From the NCBI GenBank assembly GCA_016198905.1, contig JACQHR010000036.1, positions 1 through 56,090 on the forward strand: a stretch of DNA of 56,090 nucleotides, written 5' to 3'. The translations under genes were made by a program, and so were the position numbers. The stretch comes from Candidatus Omnitrophota bacterium. Lineage in GTDB: Bacteria > Omnitrophota > Gorgyraeia > Aquiviventales > Aquiviventaceae. Under the pieces are notes generated by a model, which was given only the letters and a program-made list of their open reading frames with translations, was not told where the DNA came from and searched no databases. Below, piece after piece: positions 1 through 8,615 of the stretch; positions within the stretch are counted from its first letter, which is position 1; each line of letters begins with the position of its first letter.

Positions 1-37
1 GCACCTGTGGCACGACACGCGTTCCAAAGACCTGCAT
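1..37 (-). CDS. 5' fragment of a CDS running off the window edge (MQVFGTRVVPQV...)
   Basis: ATG at 37 preceded by SD-like GGAGGTG on the minus strand; only 12 codons are visible. Confidence 0.4.
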   Translation of the reverse strand, partial: MQVFGTRVVPQV

Positions 38-205
38 GGGGACACCTCCGGTGAGATTCCATCATACCGAAGTGTCACCCATCATTCTGAACGAACTCAC
101 CCCTACACCAATCTGCGAAACGACACCGAATCTACAGTATGCCCGCGATCAGAGATACGAACCGGTTGCTACGAGTTGCATCCGCTTAGCAGATTGGTGT
201 GGGGG

Positions 206-1228
206 TCAAGCGCCTGGCGAGGAGGGCCGCCGCTTCGGCGCGTCCTCGTGAATTTCTCCAACGATTTCCTCCAGCAAATCTTCGATGGTCACCAGGCCGA
301 TCGTCTCGTGTTTCGCGTCGCGCACGATCGCGATCTGCACCTTATCTCGCTGAAACTCGCCCAGCAGCTCGGCCACGCGCTTCGTCGGCGGCACGACCAC
401 GATGGGACGAATCACATCTGAGAGGATAAAGAGCCCTCCATGACGCACCATCGCCAGCACATCCCGCGCATAGATGACTCCGACAACCTCATTGATCGAT
501 CCTCGATAGACGGGAATCCGAGAATGCCCCGCCTCGATCAGCACATCCAGCGCTTCGTCGGGCTTCGTCTCCAGATCGATCCCCGCAATGCGCTCGCGCG
601 GCACCATCACCTCACGCACCAGCGAATCGCTGAACTCGAAGATACGGTGGAGCATGCGCAACTCGTCTTCGGCCAGCACCCCGGCCTCGCGTCCCATCTG
701 GATCATCACCTTGATTTCTTCTTCCGTCACGAGCGGCGACCGGCGCTTCGTGGGAACGCGCAGCATGCGCAGGATCCCTCGCGCGGCGGCCGTGCAGAAC
801 GTCGCCACGGGATTGAGGATCGTGATCAAGATTCGCAACGGCCTGACCATGAGAAAGGCCACGAACTCAGGGTGCGTGGCGGCAAACATCTTCGGGGTGA
901 CTTCCCCCACCAGGAGCAGAACGATCGTGACGAGCACCGTGGCGATGGCCAGGCCTCGCTCTGAACCAAACTGCGTGACAAAGATCCATGAGGCAATCGC
1001 GGAAATCGCCACGTTGACGATGTTGTTGGCGATCAGCAGCGTGCCGATGACGTGATCGAGCTTGGTGAGCAAACCAAAAGTCAGCTCGGCTTCCCGGTGG
1101 CCTTGCTCCATCAAATGCCGCAGACGGACTTTATTGATCGACAGGATCGCCGCTTCGGAGGCCGAGAAGGACGCCGAGAGGATGAGCAGCACGGTGAGAA
1201 AGATCACGAGAGGAAACGCGATCACCAT
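206..1228 (-). CDS. CNNM/DUF21 + CBS-pair membrane protein (TlyC/CorC-like), without the C-terminal CorC domain
   Basis: SASEAA, LLIANNIVN, GEVTPK, VMVPR, HSRIPVY and EDLLEEIVGEI motifs. Confidence 0.9.
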   Translation of the reverse strand: MVIAFPLVIFLTVLLILSASFSASEAAILSINKVRLRHLMEQGHREAELTFGLLTKLDHVIGTLLIANNIVNVAISAIASWIFVTQFGSERGLAIATVLVTIVLLLVGEVTPKMFAATHPEFVAFLMVRPLRILITILNPVATFCTAAARGILRMLRVPTKRRSPLVTEEEIKVMIQMGREAGVLAEDELRMLHRIFEFSDSLVREVMVPRERIAGIDLETKPDEALDVLIEAGHSRIPVYRGSINEVVGVIYARDVLAMVRHGGLFILSDVIRPIVVVPPTKRVAELLGEFQRDKVQIAIVRDAKHETIGLVTIEDLLEEIVGEIHEDAPKRRPSSPGA

Positions 1229-1237
1229 TGGGACGCC

Positions 1238-1837
1238 TTACGGCAAATGCCCATGCGCAGTCTCCGGGGTGGGTGGCGTCCCGTAGAGGCGATGCTCTGC
1301 GATGTACCGGATCACCGCATGAGGGACGAGATAGCGAATCGACCGTCCTGACTTGATCCGCTGCCGAATCTCCGAGGAGGCAACCTCCACACGGGGCATG
1401 TCGAGCCACTTGATGCCGGTCTCGCGGCGCATCGCCGTCGTCCCCGTCCGGCGCGCGCCGACAATCGTGCAGAGTGTCTTGACCTCATTCCATGCCGCCC
1501 ACTTCACGGTGAGCATGTCCTCTCCAACCAAGAGAAACAATTTCGCCATCGGCAGCTGCGTGTGGAGCGTCTTCACCGTCTCGATGGAATATGAGGTTCC
1601 CTTGCGCTGGAGTTCAATATCAGAGGCGACGAATGCGGGTTGATCGCGAATCGCCAGCTCGATCATCGCCATGCGAACGTCTCCAGGGAGCAGCCCTTGG
1701 GCGCGTTTGTGCGGCGGCTGGAAAGTAGGAATGAACAGGACGCGATCCAACTGAAGCTGCTCCCGCGCCGTCTCGGCCAGCAGCAAGTGCCCGAGATGAA
1801 TCGGATTAAATGTCCCGCCAAATACCCCAAGTCTCAT
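1238..1837 (-). CDS. nadD: nicotinate-nucleotide adenylyltransferase
   Basis: GVFGGTFNPIHLGH and SSEIR motifs; ATG at 1837 chosen. Confidence 0.95.
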   Translation of the reverse strand: MRLGVFGGTFNPIHLGHLLLAETAREQLQLDRVLFIPTFQPPHKRAQGLLPGDVRMAMIELAIRDQPAFVASDIELQRKGTSYSIETVKTLHTQLPMAKLFLLVGEDMLTVKWAAWNEVKTLCTIVGARRTGTTAMRRETGIKWLDMPRVEVASSEIRQRIKSGRSIRYLVPHAVIRYIAEHRLYGTPPTPETAHGHLP

Positions 1838-1852
1838 AGAGAACACCTTTAC

Positions 1853-3151
1853 CTAGTCTCGTAATTGGCCGGTCCCGTGGACGACATACTTGTAGGTCGT
1901 GAGCTCTTCGAGGCCCATGGGCCCCCGGGCGTGCAGACGGTCGGTGCTGATGCCGATCTCCGCGCCGAGGCCGAACTGGAATCCGTCCGTGAACCGCGTG
2001 GACGCATTCACGTAGACCGCAGCCGAATCTACGCCCTGGGTAAAACGCGTCGCGTGCGCCTCATCCTTCGTAACGATCGCATCGGAGTGGGATGAGCCAT
2101 ACCGGCTGATATGCGCAATCGCCTCATCGAGCGACGAGACGACACGCACGGAGAGAATGAGATCGAGGTACTCGGTCACCCAATCCTCTTCCGTCGCGGC
2201 CTTCACGCCGGGAACGATGGCGCGCGTGCGCTCATCCCCGCGGACTTCCACTTTCGCTTCCTGCAAGTGACGAATGATGTCCGGCAAAAAGGTCTTGGCC
2301 ACGCGCTCATGCACCAGCAGCGTTTCCATGGCATTGCACGTGGCCGGCCGCTGACATTTCGCGTTCATGACAATCGCCTGCGCCATCGCCAAATCCGCTG
2401 CGTCATCGACATAGACATGGCAGACGCCCTTCGCGTGCTTAATGACGGGAATCCGCGAGGTCTCGACGATTTTTCGAATGAGCGCTTCCCCGCCTCGCGG
2501 AATGATCACATCGATGAGCGAATCCAGCTGCAGCATCGCGTCGACACCGGCTCGCTCCGCAGTCGGGATCAGGCTCACCGCCGCTTCGGGCAAACCCGCC
2601 GAGCGCAACGCGTCGCGCAAGACGCTGCCGATCGCTTGATTCGAACGGAAGGACTCAGCACCCCCGCGCAGGATCACCGCATTGCCGCTCTTGAGGCACA
2701 GCGAGGCGCACTCGCTCGTCACGTTCGGCCGCGATTCGTAGATGATGCCAATGACGCCGAGCGGCACGCGGACTTTTTGAATCACCAGGCCGTTGGGCTG
2801 CTGCCATTTGCGGATCACTTCGCCGACAGGATCAGGCAGCGTCACGACCGCCTCGATGGAGGCTTCCATCTCTTGCAGCCGCGTCGCATTCAGGGTCAGC
2901 CGGTCGATGAGCGCCGCTGACAACCCTTCCTGGCGAGCCGACTCGACATCCGTGGCGTTCGCGTCGAGGATCACCTCGCGGCGCTGCCGCAGACCCTTCA
3001 CCATCGCCTGCAGCGCCTGATTCTTCTGCTGCGTCGAGATGGAGGCGAGCTGCCGCGCGGCGGCTCGCGCCTCCTGGGCGATGCGGAGAATCTGCTCGCG
3101 CAATCCCGTCATCGCCCTGTCCCTTGATGATGAGGTCTGCGCGTTACTCAT
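1853..3151 (-). CDS. proA: gamma-glutamyl phosphate reductase
   Basis: IYESRPNVT, CNAMETLLV, NASTRFTDG, LHARGPMGL. Confidence 0.97.
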   Translation of the reverse strand: MSNAQTSSSRDRAMTGLREQILRIAQEARAAARQLASISTQQKNQALQAMVKGLRQRREVILDANATDVESARQEGLSAALIDRLTLNATRLQEMEASIEAVVTLPDPVGEVIRKWQQPNGLVIQKVRVPLGVIGIIYESRPNVTSECASLCLKSGNAVILRGGAESFRSNQAIGSVLRDALRSAGLPEAAVSLIPTAERAGVDAMLQLDSLIDVIIPRGGEALIRKIVETSRIPVIKHAKGVCHVYVDDAADLAMAQAIVMNAKCQRPATCNAMETLLVHERVAKTFLPDIIRHLQEAKVEVRGDERTRAIVPGVKAATEEDWVTEYLDLILSVRVVSSLDEAIAHISRYGSSHSDAIVTKDEAHATRFTQGVDSAAVYVNASTRFTDGFQFGLGAEIGISTDRLHARGPMGLEELTTYKYVVHGTGQLRD

Positions 3152-4256
3152 GCTGCAACTCCGTCGCTAACACCAGCTGATCTCGATGGATCACCTCGCG
3201 AGCACGCGCGTGTCCCAACGTCCGTGCCGCTTCCGCGCTCTTCATCCCGCGCACCCGCATCAGTTCCGACGAGGAAAAATTGGTCAGCCCGCGCGCCAGC
3301 TCGCGGCCGGCGCCATCGGTCACCACAACGCACGCCCCGACCTCGAAGCGCCCGTTCACGCCCTGAATGCCCGAGGCCAGCAAGCTCTTGCCCTGCTCCA
3401 CCATCGCCCGAACCGCGCCATCATCAATGGAGACCGCCCCGCGCGGCTGGCGCAACGCGAAGGCGATCCACCACTTGTGAGACGCCAATCGCGTGCGGGA
3501 CGGGACAAAGAGTGTCCCCACCGGCTTGCCCGCCAGCAAATCCGTCAAGACCGTCGGTGATGTCCCGTTGGCAATCACCATGGGAATGCCGCTGTGGCCG
3601 ACGATGCGAGCCGCCTCCAACTTGGCATCCATGCCGCCTTTCGTTGTCTGCCGCTTGGCGTGGCGCATCACCGCGCTCTGCAGGCCGCTGACACGCTCCA
3701 CCCGCTCCAGCAGCTTGCCGTCTTGAAGGAATCCGTCCACATCCGAGAGGATGACGAGCAGCTGCGCGTCCACGGCTGAGGCAACGAGGGCTGCGAGCCG
3801 ATCATTGTCTCCGAAGGTCAATTCCTCGATGGCCACCGTGTCGTTCTCGTTGATGATCGGTACGACCCGACGATGCAGTAGCGTCAGCAGCGTCTGTTTG
3901 GCGTTGCGAAACCGCGCGCGATCCGCCAAGTCATCTTGCGTCAGCAGCACTTGGGCCGTCATCATGTCGTGCGCGGCAAACGCCACCGTGTACAGATGCA
4001 TGAGCTCGCTTTGGCCGATGGCCGCACACGCCTGCAGCTGCGCAAGCGCCTTGGGACGACTGCTCAGCCCGAGCTTTGCCATGCCGCAGGCAATCGCCCC
4101 TGAGGAGACGATGAGCGGCTGATGGTGCTCATTCGCGCAGGATGAGACTTGATCCGCCAAACGCTGGACACGCCGGGCGAGCAATCGCCCCCGCTCGTCG
4201 GTGAGGACGCTGCTGCCCACCTTGATCACAAAGCGTTGGATGACTTGTTCGCTCAT
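3144..4256 (-). CDS. proB: glutamate 5-kinase with PUA domain
   Basis: VIKVGSS, PIINENDT, FGDNDRL, GKSLLASG. Confidence 0.97.
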   Translation of the reverse strand: MSEQVIQRFVIKVGSSVLTDERGRLLARRVQRLADQVSSCANEHHQPLIVSSGAIACGMAKLGLSSRPKALAQLQACAAIGQSELMHLYTVAFAAHDMMTAQVLLTQDDLADRARFRNAKQTLLTLLHRRVVPIINENDTVAIEELTFGDNDRLAALVASAVDAQLLVILSDVDGFLQDGKLLERVERVSGLQSAVMRHAKRQTTKGGMDAKLEAARIVGHSGIPMVIANGTSPTVLTDLLAGKPVGTLFVPSRTRLASHKWWIAFALRQPRGAVSIDDGAVRAMVEQGKSLLASGIQGVNGRFEVGACVVVTDGAGRELARGLTNFSSSELMRVRGMKSAEAARTLGHARAREVIHRDQLVLATELQHE

Positions 4257-5257
4257 GAGGTGTTCTGCTCGGTTTCAGACACGTCGATCACCGGCGCGTG
4301 AAGCTGCTCCCAGATCGCGTGCATGAGGGCCGTGATGCCCGCGTTCGTCGCGCACGAAATCGGCCAGACCTTCTGCTGCACGGCGGCTTCAAACCGCGGC
4401 AGAGATTCGTGCGCCTGCGGCAGATCCATTTTATTCGCGACAATCAGCTGTGGGCGCGTCGTGAGGGCGTCGCTGTACGCGGCCAGCTCGTGATTGACTT
4501 GATGGTACGCCTCAATCGGATCGCGCCCGTCCACGGCGGCCATGTCGATCACGTGCACGAGCAGCCGCGTGCGCTCGATGTGGCGCAAGAATTGGATGCC
4601 CAACCCCTTGCCCTCGTGCGCGCCTTCGATCAGCCCGGGGATATCGCACGCCACACACGAGCCGCGTCCCTCGACCTTCACGACGCCGAGCACCGGATAA
4701 CGCGTCGTAAACGGATAGGCCGCGATCTTCGGATGCGCGGTGGAGATGCGCGACAGCAACGACGATTTGCCCGCGTTGGGCACCCCGATGATGCCGACGT
4801 CCGCGATAAGCTTGAGCTCCAGCACGACCTGCCGCTGCTCACCCACAATGCCCGGCAGTGCTTCCGGTGCCGTCGCATTGCCCAGTCCGCCGCGTCCGCC
4901 GTGCGCGATGATCACGTCTTCGTCGGCGCGCGCCAGATCGCGCAGGATCAGGCCTGTCCCGACATCGTGAATCACCGTGCCGACCGGCACGTGAATCAGG
5001 AGGTCTTCTCCGCGCTTGCCCGTCTTCTGATTGCTGCCTCCGTGCCCGCCGCGGCCCGCCTTGAACTCATGACGAAAATGGAAATCCAGCAAGGTGGCGA
5101 TGTTGGGGTCGGCATGGACGATGACGTGGCCGCCGTCGCCTCCGTCGCCGCCGTCAGGATAGGGATAGCGGGTGTACGGCGGTTGCGCCAATGAGGAGCA
5201 GCCGCGGCCGCCGTCGCCGGCTTTGACATTGATTTCGGCTCGATCGACAAACCACAT
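4253..5257 (-). CDS. obgE: Obg family GTPase ObgE/CgtA (divergent N-terminal loops)
   Basis: Gly-rich Obg domain; GVPNAGKSS, YPFTT, DIPGLIEGA, NKMD; next to rplU-rpmA. Confidence 0.95.
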   Translation of the reverse strand: MWFVDRAEINVKAGDGGRGCSSLAQPPYTRYPYPDGGDGGDGGHVIVHADPNIATLLDFHFRHEFKAGRGGHGGSNQKTGKRGEDLLIHVPVGTVIHDVGTGLILRDLARADEDVIIAHGGRGGLGNATAPEALPGIVGEQRQVVLELKLIADVGIIGVPNAGKSSLLSRISTAHPKIAAYPFTTRYPVLGVVKVEGRGSCVACDIPGLIEGAHEGKGLGIQFLRHIERTRLLVHVIDMAAVDGRDPIEAYHQVNHELAAYSDALTTRPQLIVANKMDLPQAHESLPRFEAAVQQKVWPISCATNAGITALMHAIWEQLHAPVIDVSETEQNTS

Positions 5258-5378
5258 AGGATGTTAGACCGTCGTTGAGGGAACGAGAGAGGATGGAAAA
5301 TATCCCGGGGCTGCGACACTGCTGCACCGCCGGGCCCGCGGACGTGAGCGCTCGCCACCACGCCGCGCGATGGACCAG

Positions 5379-5654
5379 TTATGCGGATGAACTGCGCGCT
5401 GCACTGGAGGCAGCCTGCGGCTCGATGCTCACCACGCGAGGTTTGGGAAATCGGACGATGCCGTTTTTCTTGGCAAAAAGGGTCCAGTCGCTACCGGTGC
5501 CGACGTACCAGCCGGCTTTAAACACCGTGCCGCGCTGCCGGATGAGAATCGACCCGGCCGACACCCACTCGCCGGCATAGTGCTTGACCCCAAGCCGTTT
5601 CCCGCAACTATCACGACCGTTTTTTGTCGACCCTGCCCCTGCTTTATGCGCCAT
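5379..5654 (-). CDS. rpmA: 50S ribosomal protein L27
   Basis: [20 protein letters not shown] and RQRG. Confidence 0.97.
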   Translation of the reverse strand: MAHKAGAGSTKNGRDSCGKRLGVKHYAGEWVSAGSILIRQRGTVFKAGWYVGTGSDWTLFAKKNGIVRFPKPRVVSIEPQAASSAARSSSA

Positions 5655-5685
5655 CGTTTCGTCTCCTTACCGTGCACACGCGCGG

Positions 5686-6147
5686 TTACTTCGCCGCACT
5701 CTTTGGGGTTCTGGTTGGCCGTTTGGTCAGGCTCTTGTTGACGGTTACGCGCGACACGCGCGCCCGAGGCTTGGCGGCGCTCGAGGCGACCGGCTCTTCA
5801 CGCTTGGCCGCGGATGCGGTGGCGGCGGCGATCCCCGGCACCACGATGTCCTTGACGACGAGCCGGCTCAGCGGCTGACGGTGTCCGACGGTCTTGCGCC
5901 AATTTTCGCGCCGTCGATAGTGGTAGGAAATCTCTTTGGGGCCCAGGAGGTGTGCCAGCACTTCGCACACGACCGACGCGCCTTCAATGTAGGGCCGGCC
6001 GATCTTGATCTGGCTGCCATCCTGCGCAAGCAGCACCTGCCCGACCGTGTGGGTCGCTCCGACCGCAGCCGAGATTCGGTTAATCTCAAATGTCGTGCCC
6101 GACTCGACCTTCCACTGCCGGCCACCGGCTTCAACAATAGCGTACAT
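5686..6147 (-). CDS. rplU: 50S ribosomal protein L21 with Ala/Lys/Arg-rich C-terminal tail
   Basis: MYAIVEAGGRQWKV and GHRQ. Confidence 0.96.
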   Translation of the reverse strand: MYAIVEAGGRQWKVESGTTFEINRISAAVGATHTVGQVLLAQDGSQIKIGRPYIEGASVVCEVLAHLLGPKEISYHYRRRENWRKTVGHRQPLSRLVVKDIVVPGIAAATASAAKREEPVASSAAKPRARVSRVTVNKSLTKRPTRTPKSAAK

Positions 6148-6234
6148 GAGTGGTCCTTTCTGTCTATTCCGAGATGATCATGCGGACGATCCCTTCAGGG
6201 ATCGCCATCTTCGAGGGATCTCCAACGGGCGTAT

Positions 6235-6263
6235 AGGATAGCGAAAATCCTCGGTGGGGTCAA
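6235..6263 (-). promoter_or_regulatory. sigma70 promoter of rplU-rpmA-obgE
   Basis: TTGACC-17 bp-TATCCT on the minus strand. Confidence 0.6.
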
Positions 6264-6289
6264 TGGCTTTTCCTCGACTTCGAAGTGGC

Positions 6290-6973
6290 TTAGCGACTTC
6301 GGAGGCGAAACATCAGCAGCGCCCAAAGGGCCAGGACCCCGTCTCGCCAGGTGAGTTTCTTGCCTTCCGCGTAGGAGCGGCCGGAATACGAAATCGGCAC
6401 TTCATAGACGCGGAACTGGTGACGGAATAACTCCGCCGTCAACTCCACTTCGATCCGGAAGTCCTTCGACGTCAACCGCAATTGCTGCAACGCGTCCCGG
6501 CGAAATGCCTTGAGGCCTGTTTCAAGATCGGTCAGCGTCGTATCGTACAGGACGTTCGCCAATGCGTTGACGAGCCAGTTGCCGATGCGATGGGAGAGCA
6601 GAAACACCCGGCGCGCCCCGTCGAACCGGCACCCGTACACCGCGTCCGCCCACCCCTTGAGGATCGGCCGCAAGACATGGACGTAGTCTTCCGGATGGTA
6701 TTCGCCATCGGCGTCCTGAATGATTACGATGTCTCCGGTCGCCACCGCAAACCCGTCGCGCAGCGCGGTCCCTTTGCCCTGCCGCACCGGATGGCGGATC
6801 ACCTTCAGCTCATGCTGCGCCTGGAACTCTTGTACGATCCGTGGGGTTGCGTCGGTGGAACCATCATCCACCACAATGACTTCCTTGTCATAGTGCGTCG
6901 CGAACACCGCCTCGAGCACCTCGCGGATCGTCCGCTCCTCATTCAATGCCGGTACAATAATGGACACCTTCAT
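6290..6973 (-). CDS. family 2 glycosyltransferase (polyprenol-phosphate glycosyltransferase/DPM1-like)
   Basis: IIVPALNEE, VVDDGSTD, QDADGEY, TDLETG, EGKK. Confidence 0.92.
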   Translation of the reverse strand: MKVSIIVPALNEERTIREVLEAVFATHYDKEVIVVDDGSTDATPRIVQEFQAQHELKVIRHPVRQGKGTALRDGFAVATGDIVIIQDADGEYHPEDYVHVLRPILKGWADAVYGCRFDGARRVFLLSHRIGNWLVNALANVLYDTTLTDLETGLKAFRRDALQQLRLTSKDFRIEVELTAELFRHQFRVYEVPISYSGRSYAEGKKLTWRDGVLALWALLMFRLRSR

Positions 6974-6991
6974 CAGGTGGGGAGTGTTCTA

Positions 6992-8515
6992 CTACCCTGA
7001 AAGCTGCACCTTGATTTGCTCGAAGTGGAGGCTTGGATCAGAGAGCACCAGGATTTTTGCGCGCGTCTGCCCTTCAAGCGCCGTCAGGCTGGGCCGATCT
7101 TCCTGAAGCAAGCGGACCGCCACCTGCGGATGCACCAGCAGTTCCAGCGTCTGATGCTTGGTGTTCTTCAGCGTCTTCTTGGCCTGCCGGATGGCCTCGA
7201 TCGCCATCGTCACGGCGGATTTGATGGTCCCGCGTCCGTGGCAGTAGGGGCACGGCTGATGGCTCACCGTTTCCACCGAGCGGCGCATCCGCTGGCGCGT
7301 CAGCTCCGCGACGCAGATCTCCGAGAAGGACACAAGGTTGGTCTTGGAGCGGTCACGGTCGAGGGCGTCTTCCAGGGTCTTGACGAGCTCGCGGCGATGC
7401 GCCGGGATATCGAGGTCGATAAAATCGATGACGACAATGCCGCCGATGTCGCGCAAGCGCAGCTGCCGGGCCACTTCGATGGCCGCTTCCTTGTCCACTT
7501 GGAAGGCCGTCTCTTCCAGGTTGCGCCGGCCGGTAAATTTGGCCGTGTTGACGTCGATCGCCACCATCCCCTCGGTGGGCTCGACCACGATCGACCCTCC
7601 CGAGGGCAGCTGCACGGTCTTGTCGAACATGGCCGCGATGTGCTCGTCGAGCCCCTCTTTTTCGAAGAGCGGCTCTTCTCCGCGATACAGATCGAGGCGG
7701 ACTTTCACACCGGGAATCAAATCGTTCAGAAAGCGCCGCAGCCGATGGAACTGCTCCTTGGAGTCCACGACGACGCGGTGCGTGTCTTCCGTGAAGCTGT
7801 CGCGGATGACGCGCTGGGCCAGCTCATACTCTTGATAGACGCACACCGGCGCCTTCGCCCGGCCTGAGAGCCGCTTGCTCTGCTGGTAGATCCTCGAGAG
7901 GTAGCGCACGTCGCGCGCGAATTCCTTTTCGCCCTTGCCCGTGCCGGCGGTGCGGATGATCAGCCCCGCTTCCTGGGAAAAGCGCAGCTTGTTCAAAATG
8001 TCCCGCAGGCGGCTGCGCTCCTGCGGATCCTCGATGCGCTTGGAAATTCCTAAGCGCGAATCGTTGACCATCAGCACCATGTAGCGCCCGGGAAGGCTGA
8101 TGTGCGTGGTCAATCGTGCCCCTTTCGTGCCGAAGGGCTCCTTCACGACCTGGACGAGGATCTCCTGGTTCACCTTCACGACATCTTCGATGCGCGAGTG
8201 CCGGTGCTGTTGATGATGGGCCGCCTGACGCGATCCTTCGCCGGGATGCTCGCCTTCGAGGATCGCATCCTCTTCCGGTTTCGGCTCGACGATATCTGCG
8301 ACGTACAAGAACCCGTTCTTCCCCAGCCCGATATCGACAAACGCGGCCCCGATCCCCGGCACCACCGAGGTGATGCGGCCCTTGTAGATGCTGCCGACCA
8401 TGCGCGTATCCGAGGCGCGCTCCACATAGTATTCCTCAAGACGCTTATCCTCGGTGATCGCCACCCGTGTTTCCTGGGCGTCAGTGCTGATACAAATCTC
8501 TTTCACAGAAGCCAT
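6992..8515 (-). CDS. rng: ribonuclease G (Rne/Rng family)
   Basis: GSIYKG, AAFVDIG, KGARLTT, IDVNT, RQLRLRDIGGIVVIDFID, CPYC. Confidence 0.95.
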   Translation of the reverse strand: MASVKEICISTDAQETRVAITEDKRLEEYYVERASDTRMVGSIYKGRITSVVPGIGAAFVDIGLGKNGFLYVADIVEPKPEEDAILEGEHPGEGSRQAAHHQQHRHSRIEDVVKVNQEILVQVVKEPFGTKGARLTTHISLPGRYMVLMVNDSRLGISKRIEDPQERSRLRDILNKLRFSQEAGLIIRTAGTGKGEKEFARDVRYLSRIYQQSKRLSGRAKAPVCVYQEYELAQRVIRDSFTEDTHRVVVDSKEQFHRLRRFLNDLIPGVKVRLDLYRGEEPLFEKEGLDEHIAAMFDKTVQLPSGGSIVVEPTEGMVAIDVNTAKFTGRRNLEETAFQVDKEAAIEVARQLRLRDIGGIVVIDFIDLDIPAHRRELVKTLEDALDRDRSKTNLVSFSEICVAELTRQRMRRSVETVSHQPCPYCHGRGTIKSAVTMAIEAIRQAKKTLKNTKHQTLELLVHPQVAVRLLQEDRPSLTALEGQTRAKILVLSDPSLHFEQIKVQLSG

Positions 8516-8584
8516 GAACCGCACGTATCCTTTCTCTTCTCTGCTGCCGAATCACTCTGATGTCTACACGATGAAGTCCACAGA

Positions 8585-8613
8585 ATTATACAGGGATTGC
8601 CGCGTGCTGTCTT
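8585..8613 (-). promoter_or_regulatory. putative sigma70 promoter of rng
   Basis: AAGACA-17 bp-TATAAT on the minus strand. Confidence 0.5.
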
Positions 8614-8615
8614 GC

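Noticed and set aside
160-180. GTTGC direct repeat at 11-bp spacing upstream of the edge CDS
   Set aside because: Too short to distinguish from chance without the downstream gene or orthologs
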